Below are positions 19,355 to 29,144 of a DNA stretch of 64,000 nucleotides, in pieces. The notes beneath the pieces were generated by a model, which worked only from the letters and a program-made list of their open reading frames with translations, made no database searches and was not told where the DNA came from. The first letter of the stretch is position 1. The number at the start of each line of letters is the position of its first letter. Position numbers and translations under genes: made by a program. Source of the stretch: Promethearchaeota archaeon (GTDB lineage: Archaea > Asgardarchaeota > Lokiarchaeia > Sigyniarchaeales > SOKP01); assembly GCA_016839765.1 (NCBI GenBank), contig JAEOTP010000015.1:15978-79977 (forward strand), in the 5' to 3' direction.

Positions 19355-19810
19355 TTAAATATAGTAAAAAGTTTTGTCATCATCGTATTTATCTTTATCA
19401 TCGTCATTCTCGTCATCATCGTCATTTAGAAATTTTTTTGACAGTAATTTTAAAATTTCTTCTGGATCCATGTCAGGGTCAAAATCTTTTAAATCATTTA
19501 AGTTTATTGGGATTATCCCACCTTTTTTAAATGGAATCATACCTGCCTTTATTTCTTTTTCTATTTTTTGTTGCTTTCTAGCATTTAAAGCTAACTCTTT
19601 TTTCATTAATTCGCTTAACTGGTCGGCCACAAGTTCATCCAATTCTTCTGGTCTTAGATTTAGAAGTACTTCTTCGCTATAAAGTCTAGTAAGTCTTTTA
19701 ATAGCCTTTAGTTTCTTATATTCGGGTATTTGGTTAATGGATTTCAAGCCTAAAAGGTTAATTATATTCAACCAATCCAGTTGATAAGTCCAAGGTTCTG
19801 TTTCTGACAT
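19355..19810 (-). CDS. Hypothetical protein with a poly-acidic C-terminal tail
   Basis: 151-aa ORF. The C-terminus is 'LNDDDDENDDDKDKYDDDK'. No recognisable family. Confidence 0.45.
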   Translation of the reverse strand: MSETEPWTYQLDWLNIINLLGLKSINQIPEYKKLKAIKRLTRLYSEEVLLNLRPEELDELVADQLSELMKKELALNARKQQKIEKEIKAGMIPFKKGGIIPINLNDLKDFDPDMDPEEILKLLSKKFLNDDDDENDDDKDKYDDDKTFYYI

Positions 19811-19977
19811 TTTATTATATAAAATTAGTTATCAAATTTTGAAATTTTGGATGCTAGATAAATGTTTATCTTTTTCTTAAAGAAGAAAATTTATCGATAT
19901 AAATTTATGGTTTGTAATCTATTAAATGTTTTCACCATTATGTTTTAAAATTATAAAGAAAAAATTTTTAATCTGCT

Positions 19978-20826
19978 TTAATTTTTGAAGAACTTCTGAA
20001 AATTTGCTACAATTAGTTCGGGTTTATCATGCATAACCCAATGAGAAGCATCTATCTTAACAACTATAAGATGCTTAACATATTCAGATAATCCATCTAA
20101 AACTTGAGGTAGTACCGCCTTATCTTGCATACCATGAATGACTAAGGTTGGTAGGCTGATAATTCCTGTCCAATCATCAAAATTAAGATTTGCCCTATAA
20201 TAATTGACACCACTTAATATTGCGTTCGGTTGAGACCAGGCATCTAAATATTTTTGTTTATCAGTTTCGGTAAAATCTTTTTTATTAATCAATCCTTCAA
20301 AAACGGCCCATTTTAACCACTTATAATCATTTTCGTAAAGGAATTTTTCCCCATCTGGTTTAAGGAATTCAAAAATATAATAACTGGCTTTCTGTTGGTC
20401 CTTATCAGTTCTTAATTTTTCTTGCCAAATTTTTGGATGGGGGCCATTTAGTATTGCAAGCTTTTTAACCTTTTTTGGATATTTTTCAGCAAAAGCCCAT
20501 GATATAAGTGCTCCCCAATCGTGTCCTGCGAGAAAAAAACTACCTAAATTTAATTTTTCGCTTAAAGCATGTATGTCATCAACTAAAAGTTCAATTCTAT
20601 ACTTCCGAATGCCTTTTGGTTTATCTGATAAATTATATCCCCTTAAATCAGGAATTATCAGTTCAAAATAATCCTTAAGCTTAGGGATTATATTTTTCCA
20701 ACCATACCAGAAATCAGGAAAACCATGAAGTAATAATAGAGGTTCTCCAGATCCGATAAAGACTGTGTGTAGTTTAATACCATTTACAGATATATATTTT
20801 TCTTCTATCTCCTTTAACCAATCCAT
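19978..20826 (-). CDS. Alpha/beta hydrolase, epoxide hydrolase / haloalkane dehalogenase-like
   Basis: 'LLLLHGFPDFWYGWKNIIPKL' (HGxP oxyanion motif), the nucleophile elbow 'AGHDWGA', and a C-terminal 'SHWVMHDKPE'. Confidence 0.8.
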   Translation of the reverse strand: MDWLKEIEEKYISVNGIKLHTVFIGSGEPLLLLHGFPDFWYGWKNIIPKLKDYFELIIPDLRGYNLSDKPKGIRKYRIELLVDDIHALSEKLNLGSFFLAGHDWGALISWAFAEKYPKKVKKLAILNGPHPKIWQEKLRTDKDQQKASYYIFEFLKPDGEKFLYENDYKWLKWAVFEGLINKKDFTETDKQKYLDAWSQPNAILSGVNYYRANLNFDDWTGIISLPTLVIHGMQDKAVLPQVLDGLSEYVKHLIVVKIDASHWVMHDKPELIVANFQKFFKN

Positions 20827-21060
20827 TTTAATCCTACAATATAAATGATTATTCTAATTTTGAATAGTCTTATTAATTAAAAAACAATCGGCTTATAATT
20901 CAAAAATTTTCGTTTAAAAATTGGACTCTATAAATAGAGATCAGAGACAACAGAGGTTGTCAATTCTTAAATAAAATATGTGATAAAGAATTTTAAAAAA
21001 TAAAATTTTCAATAAAAAGTAACATTAAAATATAGTCAACAAAAAAAACTTTTAATTGTT

Positions 21061-21270
21061 CTATTCAAAATAATTTCTGAAAGATTCTTCAAAATCATCA
21101 ACCGATTCACTATTCAATTCAGCAAATTTGTAGCGTCCCCGGGGTAGATTTTTCTTTTCCTTAAAATGTTTTTTAAAAGAACTCTCAAAATCACTTGCAC
21201 TCATACTATTTTCTTCTGCGAATTTAATTTCACCAAAATTTTTCAGATATTCTGGATCTGGTTTACTCAT
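21061..21270 (-). CDS. Small acidic protein made of two copies of a ~30-aa repeat
   Basis: 'KFAEENSMSASDFESSFKKHFKE' and 'KFAELNSESVDDFEESFRNYFE' are an internal duplication within 69 aa. Confidence 0.4.
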   Translation of the reverse strand: MSKPDPEYLKNFGEIKFAEENSMSASDFESSFKKHFKEKKNLPRGRYKFAELNSESVDDFEESFRNYFE

Positions 21271-21747
21271 TTTTTTTTCTTACCTCGTAACTTTTGTAAA
21301 ATTTTTGTTCAAATAATTATTTATATAATTAGAATACTAATGCATAATCATCTATTTAAACCTTTTCATACAATTAAACAATTAAAATTATTATAAATCT
21401 ATATTCGGAAAAGATTCCCACTTATATGTTATTGAATTTATTGAGAAATGAGTTATTTTTTTCAAATTGTAATAATTCTACTTGCTTATCTTCGAATATT
21501 AGATATATATTGATAAAATTAATATCTCAAAATAATAATTTCATTTCAAAATTTGAAGATTTTATAAAATTTTCATAAAGTGAATTTGGAGGTTTATACA
21601 ATGATGTAATCAATTTCAATTAATTTATTAACAAAATCCAAAATCATGAGAACAACCCAAAAACAATAAATATGAGAATATAAATTTATAATAAAAAACG
21701 TAATTATCAATGTTTTTGGAAAATTCTTCTTGTTATAGGGGCTTAAG

Positions 21748-22695
21748 ATGAGTAGAAAAATAGAAGATAAAACTTATTTAAATTATTTATTGCAATCTCT
21801 AAATGTAGATGATTTGAAACAAATATGTAGAGATTTCAATATCAAAGGATTTTCTAAATGGAAAAAAGTAGAAATAATTGAAAATATTCTGAGCTTTTTA
21901 TCTGAAGAAGAACAGAAAGAATTAATTAAAGAAAAAGAATTAGATATTATCTCAGATTCGCTGGATCTTGCAATTAAGAAAATTAAAGGGATAGAAAGAG
22001 AAAAATTAAGCGCAATTAGGATAGCGAATGAAGAAGAACATTTAGTTGAGATTGATTTCGAAGGTTTTAATTGGAATAGTTCCTCTTATTTAGCTATTAA
22101 TCCACAAAATATTGATAACCCAGAAAGAGATTGTGATTGCCGTATTGGAGCTAATATGGGATTTTGTAGCCATTTTTGGGTAGGATTTATTTTATCATTA
22201 AAACGAAACTATTTTCAATTAAAAGATTGGACATTGACAATTTTACCAGAAGATTTCGAAAAGAAAATTCAAAATATAGAAATCTCAGTTATTTTAGGTG
22301 AACAAGATAAAGCAGAAGTTTTAACTTTGGTAGATACCAGTTCCGAGGATGCTGAATTAATAAAACATCTTGATCAAAGTATCACTGTTTATGAAGGGGA
22401 ACTTGTTAAAATGGAAAAGAAACAACAACAATTTCAAGATATTGTTACCAATTATTATTTGGGAGCATTGAATGACGTTCGATTTGGTCCAAGAATTCAA
22501 AAAAAAAGTGATTTTAAAGAGGAAGAGATTGAAACTATTGCCGAATTAAATATTCGAATAAGTGAAAAATTATTTGAAGAACTTAATTTAAGAGAAGGAG
22601 ACAAAATAACTACAAATGGTAAATTAACTAGAGATGATTTTTTAAAGTTATATGTTGTAAAGAATATCAGAAAAATCACTAAAATTAATGATTGA
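21748..22695 (+). CDS. SWIM zinc-finger protein with an N-terminal SAP/Rho-N-like helix-extension-helix motif
   Basis: 'CDCRIGANMGFCSHF' fits CxC-x(n)-CxH. The N-terminal 'LNVDDLKQICRDFNIKGFSKWKKVEIIENIL' resembles SAP/Rho_N modules. Confidence 0.6.
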   Translation: MSRKIEDKTYLNYLLQSLNVDDLKQICRDFNIKGFSKWKKVEIIENILSFLSEEEQKELIKEKELDIISDSLDLAIKKIKGIEREKLSAIRIANEEEHLVEIDFEGFNWNSSSYLAINPQNIDNPERDCDCRIGANMGFCSHFWVGFILSLKRNYFQLKDWTLTILPEDFEKKIQNIEISVILGEQDKAEVLTLVDTSSEDAELIKHLDQSITVYEGELVKMEKKQQQFQDIVTNYYLGALNDVRFGPRIQKKSDFKEEEIETIAELNIRISEKLFEELNLREGDKITTNGKLTRDDFLKLYVVKNIRKITKIND

Positions 22696-22804
22696 TCCTA
22701 TAAAATAAATCAATATTAATTTTATATTTATACAATATTAATAATATGAATTTTTATCGTTATGATTCTATTTTATGTTTGAATAATATTGTTGAAAAAA
22801 AATC

Positions 22805-24184
22805 ATGAAAAATATAAATTCTGGTTATATTGATGATTTTAATATGATCTTAGCGACAGATTTTTATCAATTAACTATGAGTGCTGCTTATTACCAGTAT
22901 AATCTTGAAAATAATATTAATGAAAATGACGAAAAAGCCTCTTTTGAATTATTTATAAGGCAATATCCGAAAAATCGTAATTATTTAATTTTTGCTGGTT
23001 TAGAACAAGCGATATATTATTTATTAAATGCCAGATTTACTGAAAGGACTATAGAATTTTTAAGAAAAAAAGAAGTATTCAAAAATTTAGATTCAAGTTT
23101 CTATGATGTTTATTTACCGAATTTTAAATTTAAGTTAAATGTCTGGTCGATGAAAGAAGGAGACTACTTTTTTCCAAATGAACCAATAATGAGAATCCAA
23201 GGACCAATGATTCATGCTCAACTTGCTGAAACCTTTTTACTTAACGTGATCAATTATCAAACATTAGTTGCATCTAAAGCATCAAGAGTAAGAAATATAG
23301 CCCCAAATAAAGTCTTACTTGAGTTTGGAACAAGAAGGTCCCATAGTCCGCTTGCTGGAGTGTATGCCGCTAGAGCTAGTTACATAGCTGGTTTTGATGG
23401 TACAAGTAATGTAATAGCTGATCTTGAACTTGGAATTAATTCAACAGGAACGATGGCTCATAGTTTCGTTCAAAGATTTAATAGTGAGATTGAAAGTTTT
23501 AACACGTATTATGATATTTACAAAGAAAATTCAATTTTTTTAATTGATACATATGACACTGAAGAAGGTGCTCGAAAATCCTGCAAATTCGGCAATAAAA
23601 TTAGAGGGGTTAGAATTGACTCAGGTAATCTTATCGATCACGCCAAAAAAGTTCGAAATATCTTGGATAAGGAAGGCTGTGATAAAGTTTTAATCGTTGC
23701 AAGTTCAGATTTGAATGAATACAAAATAAAGGAAATTCTTGATAATAAGGCACCAATAGATGCTTTCGGCATAGGGACTGAATTAGCAACTTCAAGAGAC
23801 GATCCTACAATTTCTGGGGTATATAAACTAATAGAATATAATGATGCTCCAAAGATTAAAGTTAGCGAGGAAAAATTAACTTATCCTGGAATTAAACAAA
23901 TAGATAGGATATTTGATAGAAGTGGAATATTTAAAGAAGACATATTAAGATTGGATGAGGAATTTGAAGTTCCTAATTCAAAACCATTATTAATACCTAT
24001 AATGATGGATGGGAAATTAATTTATGATTTGCCCAAGATAGATGAAATCCGCCAATACTACTTGAAAAATATGGAAACCCTACCCAAGGGGTATAAAGTA
24101 TTGAAAGAGAACCATCTATTTAGGCTAAAAATTTCACAAAAATTAGAAAGTTTGACAGAATCATTGAAAGGAAAGTATGACTAA
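22805..24184 (+). CDS. pncB: Nicotinate phosphoribosyltransferase
   Basis: 'TDFYQLTMSAAYY', 'EFGTRRSHS', 'TGTMAHSFVQ' and 'IDTYDT' are hallmark NAPRTase segments. Confidence 0.85.
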   Translation: MKNINSGYIDDFNMILATDFYQLTMSAAYYQYNLENNINENDEKASFELFIRQYPKNRNYLIFAGLEQAIYYLLNARFTERTIEFLRKKEVFKNLDSSFYDVYLPNFKFKLNVWSMKEGDYFFPNEPIMRIQGPMIHAQLAETFLLNVINYQTLVASKASRVRNIAPNKVLLEFGTRRSHSPLAGVYAARASYIAGFDGTSNVIADLELGINSTGTMAHSFVQRFNSEIESFNTYYDIYKENSIFLIDTYDTEEGARKSCKFGNKIRGVRIDSGNLIDHAKKVRNILDKEGCDKVLIVASSDLNEYKIKEILDNKAPIDAFGIGTELATSRDDPTISGVYKLIEYNDAPKIKVSEEKLTYPGIKQIDRIFDRSGIFKEDILRLDEEFEVPNSKPLLIPIMMDGKLIYDLPKIDEIRQYYLKNMETLPKGYKVLKENHLFRLKISQKLESLTESLKGKYD

Positions 24185-24359
24185 TTTAAATAATAAGAGT
24201 GATAATTTAAAAGAAAAATCATTGTTTAAGTTATTTTTTTTAAGAAGTATTTTTAATATCTGATTTACCCAATTATTTCATTAATTTAAATTTATGATTA
24301 AAGGTGAGAAACTAATAACTAGATGAGAATCCTGTACAAAGTATAATCACACCGCCTTT

Positions 24360-25265
24360 TTGCTTATAATACTAGTAGGATTGCTTTTTTCAACACTATC
24401 TATTCCAGCTAAAGGACAAGAATTGATATGGTATGATGATTTTTACGATATAAATCACATTGAATATTTTATTGAATTCTACCCAGATAGAAATGGATAT
24501 TCGACAACGAAATATGCTATGGAATTAAATAAAATCACCGAAGGAGATAATACTAATTTAATGGTTGATATATATTACAATGACTTAGATTTAACCTATA
24601 CTAATGATGATTTCTTTTACACAATATCTCTTAAAACCCGTGAAATATTAGATACAAGTGATAATATTTATGATATTTACTTTAATGGAACATATACAGA
24701 ATTATTCTTGAATCTTTCGAATATAGGAAATCCACAATTATTTCGAATAGATGAGAATGTTGTATTCACCGATTATTTAACAAGGGGTTTTTCATTAGGA
24801 TTATTCAAAATAAATACCGAATTTAACTACATTGAAGAAGTAATATATAACGAGAATTTATTGCTTAATTTTACAACTTACCATTATTCGACAACATATA
24901 CATGGAGTGGACTTGGGATAGCTTGAGATTCATTCGCATCTTGGATGTTAGAAGCTGATTATTTTTTCGATAAAATTACTGGTCTTTTAATAGCCGAAAC
25001 TTTACATGTTCATCGATGGGACTATAAAGATAATAAGCCACAATATGAGCAATACGATTATCATTCTTTTAACCGCAAATTAGCAATGGTTAATTCACAA
25101 ATCATTTTGAAAGATTACCAAAAAATCGTAAAAGGAGATAATATTTACCTGCTAGAAAGCATATATTGGATAATATCTATAGGAATTATTGTTTCTATTA
25201 CTATACTTTACGGTATTTTGAAGAGATCAAAAATTAACATAAAGACCAAGGAGAACCTACGATGA
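24360..25265 (+). pseudogene. Secreted, C-terminally anchored protein interrupted by one in-frame TGA (alternatively two ORFs, 24360..24926 and 24945..25265)
   Basis: Both listed ORFs are in the same frame, separated only by TGA at 24924-24926. The N-terminal signal-like segment (LIILVGLLFSTLSIPAKGQE) is in the first ORF and the single TM anchor (IYWIISIGIIVSITILYGIL) is in the second. Confidence 0.5.
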
Positions 25266-25409
25266 ATCTACTATAATAAATTATAGATAGTAGAAGAGTG
25301 AAAGGATGCACCTTTCAAACTCCTTATTATTAATACTAAATTAATTTTATAAATTAGTTCTGAATATTATCTATTATTCAAACTAAACAACTTTTAGAGG
25401 TAAAAGATA

Positions 25410-25700
25410 TTGAGTGAAAAACCAAAATTAGGTTATCGAATTATTGGAACAATAAAAAGTGTGAAAGGTACCTGTTCAGCAGGTCATAAAGTGGGGGATC
25501 AAATAGAATTGAGCGGGTATGGCTCCAATCCACAATTGTGTGGGTTTTTTTATCACGATATCTTCCCATATATAATAATGCTCCAATTTGGGGGAGGATT
25601 TCCTTCAGATTGGGGCGGAGATCCTGATGTTGTGGAGCTAACGTGTATAGATAAAGTAAATGCGGTGACAATAGAATTAAAAAGAATCAAGGAGGATTAA
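25410..25700 (+). CDS. TIGR04076-like small protein
   Basis: 96 aa, TTG start. 'GTCSAGHKVGDQIEL...LCGFFYHDIFPYIIMLQFGGGFP' matches my recollection of the TIGR04076 pattern (C..H.vGD ... lC ... l.P.i..l..GG.fP). Confidence 0.5.
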   Translation: MSEKPKLGYRIIGTIKSVKGTCSAGHKVGDQIELSGYGSNPQLCGFFYHDIFPYIIMLQFGGGFPSDWGGDPDVVELTCIDKVNAVTIELKRIKED

Positions 25701-25843
25701 ATAAAGTTTAATTAAATGAATATTGATTTATTCAAATTTCCTTTTTACCTAATATTTAAACGAATGTTTTATTACAGATAACTTTTTAATCTTTCATCTC
25801 TGGATGATTATTAATACACTTAATTTTTACTAGGGAGTGAGGT

Positions 25844-26017
25844 ATGTATATGGAAAAAAAATTAGATATACCACAAAATTTACATATTCTTTCTTGTCCA
25901 TTCTTTAAGGGCTGTAATCTTCCAAAAAGTAGATGCAGTTTTCCTGAATATAAAGTATGTCCTGATTACCAATCTAAATTGAATGCTTTAAGACAGGAAT
26001 CAAAAGTATTATATTAA
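25844..26017 (+). CDS. Unlisted 57-aa Cys-rich small ORF
   Basis: My translation is MYMEKKLDIPQNLHILSCPFFKGCNLPKSRCSFPEYKVCPDYQSKLNALRQESKVLY. The ATG is preceded by 'gggagtgaggt' (good SD-like spacing). There are four Cys. It is below the ORF-track length cutoff. Confidence 0.4.
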   Translation: MYMEKKLDIPQNLHILSCPFFKGCNLPKSRCSFPEYKVCPDYQSKLNALRQESKVLY

Positions 26018-26172
26018 AGATTTCCTAAGTTCTTCTTATTGAAATTAAATCTTTAAAGAATTCTTATATTTACTTAATAAGTTAGGTTTTGTTGTAATTA
26101 AAATACAATTTTTAACTAAAGGAATATTTTATTTATTGATTTTTTAATTAGGAACTTGTTTTATTCTAAGGC

Positions 26173-27651
26173 GTGTTAAGCTTGAATGATAATAATATTG
26201 TTGATATATTTCTGAATCCTAAATCTGTGGCGGTTATTGGAGCTTCAAAAAACATGTTAAAGGGAGGTTATCGTATTTTAAGTAATCTCGTGCTAAATAA
26301 CTTCAATGGAAAAATATTTCCAGTTAATCCTAATGCGACTGGTAAATTATATGGTTTAGAATTTAAAAAGTCAGTGTTAGACATTGAAGAAGAAGTTGAT
26401 ATTGCTATATTTTATGTTCCAAATCAATTAATTCCAAAATTATTAGAAGAATGTGTTAAAAAAGGCATAAAAGGAGCAATTATTGAAACTTCTGGATTTG
26501 AGGAAGTTGGTGAGAAAGGCCTTGAATTAAGTGACCAAATTTTAGAAATAACTGATACTTTTTCTAAAATAAGAATTGTTGGGCCTAATTGTATGGGCCT
26601 TACTAGAATCGATTCTGATAGTAATAAAGAAAATAAAAGCGGCTTTTTTACTTCCTTTTTAGTATTTAATGAATATAAAAGAGGAAATATTGCTATTATA
26701 AGTCAATCAGGTATGTTAAATGGGGGATATTTTACCCATGTTGTCACCAAGTATCCAAATCTTGGTTTTAGATATATATGCTCTATTGGAAATAAAATGG
26801 ATTTAAGTGAAATAGAATTTTTAGATTATTTCTTAAATGATACTGATATAAATGTTATTGCAATGTATCTTGAATCGTTTAAAGACCCTCGAAAATTCAT
26901 TAATTTATGTAAAAAGGCAAAAAGTATGCCAGATAAAACAATCATTTTAGTTAAGGGAGGTTTAACTTCTCAAGGTCAGAGTTCTTCTTTAAGTCATACA
27001 GCCGCTCTTTCAGAAAACTTTAAGTTAACAGAAGGTGTGATTAAACAATCAGGAATTATTCAAGCTCGGAATTTTTTTGAATTATTTGAGTTTGCCAGGA
27101 CTTTTTCTATGCTATATAAATCTAAGAAAATTTTACCAAAACGAGGATATCTTGCACAAGTTTTTGGATCAGGAGGAGCAGGAACAATTTCTGCCGATCT
27201 TACAATGCAGTATGGTTTAAAACTTCCAATTTTGGGAGAGAAAGCATATTCTGCTCTTGTAGAATTATTTCCTCCATGGATGCCCCCAAATAAATTTGCA
27301 TTTGTAGATATTTGGCCAGCTATGGAAAAAGCTATGACTAATAGTAAAAATCCTCGGGATGTTATTCGATCTGTTTATAATATTTTATTAGAGGAACCTG
27401 AAATAGAAGGGATTTTTAACATGCTATTTTGCTCAAAGCAATTTAGAGCTGTAAATGATGTGAATAATCTGATTGATATAATATCCACCTATCCTAAACC
27501 TGTTTTTCTGTATTTGGTTGGAGAATTTGAAGAAACTCGTCAGATTTCTCAGCAACTAGGTAAAAATAATATACCTAGCTTTTCAAATTTAGAGGACATG
27601 GTAAAGAATTTCCAAATACTAATTCAAGAATCAAAAAATAAAAGCAACTAG
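26173..27651 (+). CDS. ADP-forming acyl/acetyl-CoA synthetase, alpha (CoA-binding / succinyl-CoA-synthetase-like) subunit
   Basis: 'PKSVAVIGASKN...GGYRIL', 'PVNP', 'IVGPNCMG' and the phosphohistidine loop 'SLSHTAAL'. There is no ATP-grasp beta subunit nearby. Confidence 0.75.
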   Translation: MLSLNDNNIVDIFLNPKSVAVIGASKNMLKGGYRILSNLVLNNFNGKIFPVNPNATGKLYGLEFKKSVLDIEEEVDIAIFYVPNQLIPKLLEECVKKGIKGAIIETSGFEEVGEKGLELSDQILEITDTFSKIRIVGPNCMGLTRIDSDSNKENKSGFFTSFLVFNEYKRGNIAIISQSGMLNGGYFTHVVTKYPNLGFRYICSIGNKMDLSEIEFLDYFLNDTDINVIAMYLESFKDPRKFINLCKKAKSMPDKTIILVKGGLTSQGQSSSLSHTAALSENFKLTEGVIKQSGIIQARNFFELFEFARTFSMLYKSKKILPKRGYLAQVFGSGGAGTISADLTMQYGLKLPILGEKAYSALVELFPPWMPPNKFAFVDIWPAMEKAMTNSKNPRDVIRSVYNILLEEPEIEGIFNMLFCSKQFRAVNDVNNLIDIISTYPKPVFLYLVGEFEETRQISQQLGKNNIPSFSNLEDMVKNFQILIQESKNKSN

Positions 27652-27696
27652 CTTTTCTAGAAACAAATTAATTCTATAAAAAATTATTTACCTACT

Positions 27697-28929
27697 ATGA
27701 ATCTTGAAAATACTTCTTTTTATAACTTTATAATAGTTGGAGCTGGACCAGCGGGTTTGACTGCTGGAATAGTAGCTGCTAGGAAAGGATTTTCAACAAT
27801 CATATTAGAAAAAGGAAAAATTGCAGGACCAAAACCGAGAGGGGAAGGAATGGCTCATATGCCTATAGTAGACAAAATATTAGGAAAAGATTTTCTTCCT
27901 TCAATTGGATTGAAATCTAATGGTGGACGAGTTTGGCACTCCCCTGGTGATTTAAAATCCAGTACTACATATCGGGATTATCCTCACTATTTCTTTGAAT
28001 GGCGTACATTCATTGATCGATTCGTAGGGGCGGCTAATGAATTAAAGGTTCCAGTCTTACTGAATAGTGAAGTAATTGAGCCTATTGAAAGAAAAAATGT
28101 AACTATAGGTGTGAAATACAGAGATAAAGAAGGAAATGTCAAGGAAATCTATGGAAATGCGATTTTAGATTGTAGTGGTTATGAAGGAGTTATTGGAAAG
28201 AAATATGGAATATCTTATAATGAGATGAATTGCCCTATAATTAAATGTCTTATTAGTAATGCAAACTATGATCTAGAAGAACATCCTGATTTGGAATACT
28301 TCTTTATAGGTAATGGTGATTTAGATTATTCCCCAAACTTTCCTCCAAGTGTTGCTTATTTCTTCCCTTTAGATAATAAAAAAGCTGAAGTAGGTTTGAT
28401 GTTGAGAATGGCACAAGTTCCCAATATGAAAACAGTTAAAATTCCTAACGAAAATGAAATAATGAAAGTTTGGGATTCCATTAAAGCCTCATATCCAAGC
28501 TTTAGTGAATTTTTTAAAGGCGCTAATATTGATTATGAAGAACCAACCCAATTACCAAACGTTAAAATGGCAGAAATCTTTGTGCCAAATCCAGGAGTGG
28601 TGTTGATAGGTGATAGTGCAGGATTTGTAAATCCATTTGGTTCGTCTGGACTCTACTTTTCTATGGAAATGGGTAACTTTTGGGTTAATATAATCTCAGA
28701 AAAATTGAAAAATACCAATAATGACATAAAATACAACGAAATCTTATGGAATACTAAAAATATCAATGAATTCAATAGTAAATTTGAAAATTTTGAAGTA
28801 TTTAAACAGGTACAGCATATGTACAATCTGATTGGAGCATTTGAATATAAGATTTTCAATAGATTACGTACAGCAGAGAAAATTAATAGAAAATGGGACT
28901 ATATTAAATCACTCTTAAAACAAGCATAA
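27697..28929 (+). CDS. FAD-dependent geranylgeranyl reductase family oxidoreductase
   Basis: 'FIIVGAGPAGLTAGIVAARKGFSTIILEKG' dinucleotide-binding motif and 'LIGDSAGFVNPFGSSG'. The length is typical of archaeal GGR. Confidence 0.7.
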   Translation: MNLENTSFYNFIIVGAGPAGLTAGIVAARKGFSTIILEKGKIAGPKPRGEGMAHMPIVDKILGKDFLPSIGLKSNGGRVWHSPGDLKSSTTYRDYPHYFFEWRTFIDRFVGAANELKVPVLLNSEVIEPIERKNVTIGVKYRDKEGNVKEIYGNAILDCSGYEGVIGKKYGISYNEMNCPIIKCLISNANYDLEEHPDLEYFFIGNGDLDYSPNFPPSVAYFFPLDNKKAEVGLMLRMAQVPNMKTVKIPNENEIMKVWDSIKASYPSFSEFFKGANIDYEEPTQLPNVKMAEIFVPNPGVVLIGDSAGFVNPFGSSGLYFSMEMGNFWVNIISEKLKNTNNDIKYNEILWNTKNINEFNSKFENFEVFKQVQHMYNLIGAFEYKIFNRLRTAEKINRKWDYIKSLLKQA

Positions 28930-29144
28930 TCTCATTGGGTTAAAAATAGTTCAAAAATATCATTTCTTCACAGAAGAAAGGGTGAAAGTATGATTTTTAA
29001 CAATTAATAAATAATACTAATAAGAGTATGAACTATTGAGATTGTTAATTGTAGTAATTGTAGTAAAATCTTTAAATAATTTGAAACTTAATTTTGTTTA
29101 ATTACTTATTTGAATAAAACACTTAAAATTGGAGAAAATTTAGA

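Noticed and set aside
19374-19682. 102-aa Ser-rich plus-strand ORF
   Set aside because: It is the antisense shadow of the acidic (Asp/Glu-rich) ORF 19355..19810. The poly-Ser simply mirrors the GAT/GAA-rich codons.
24924-24926. In-frame TGA as a selenocysteine codon
   Set aside because: The local context (GIA-U-DSF) has no redox or Cys-partner motif, and the protein looks like a surface protein rather than an oxidoreductase. I could not identify a convincing SECIS-like hairpin by eye. A pseudogene or sequencing error is more likely.
29047-29064. Tandem 9-mer AATTGTAGT x2 upstream of the radical SAM gene
   Set aside because: It is real in the sequence. However, a two-copy 9-mer in very AT-rich spacer can arise by chance or slippage, and nothing else supports a function.
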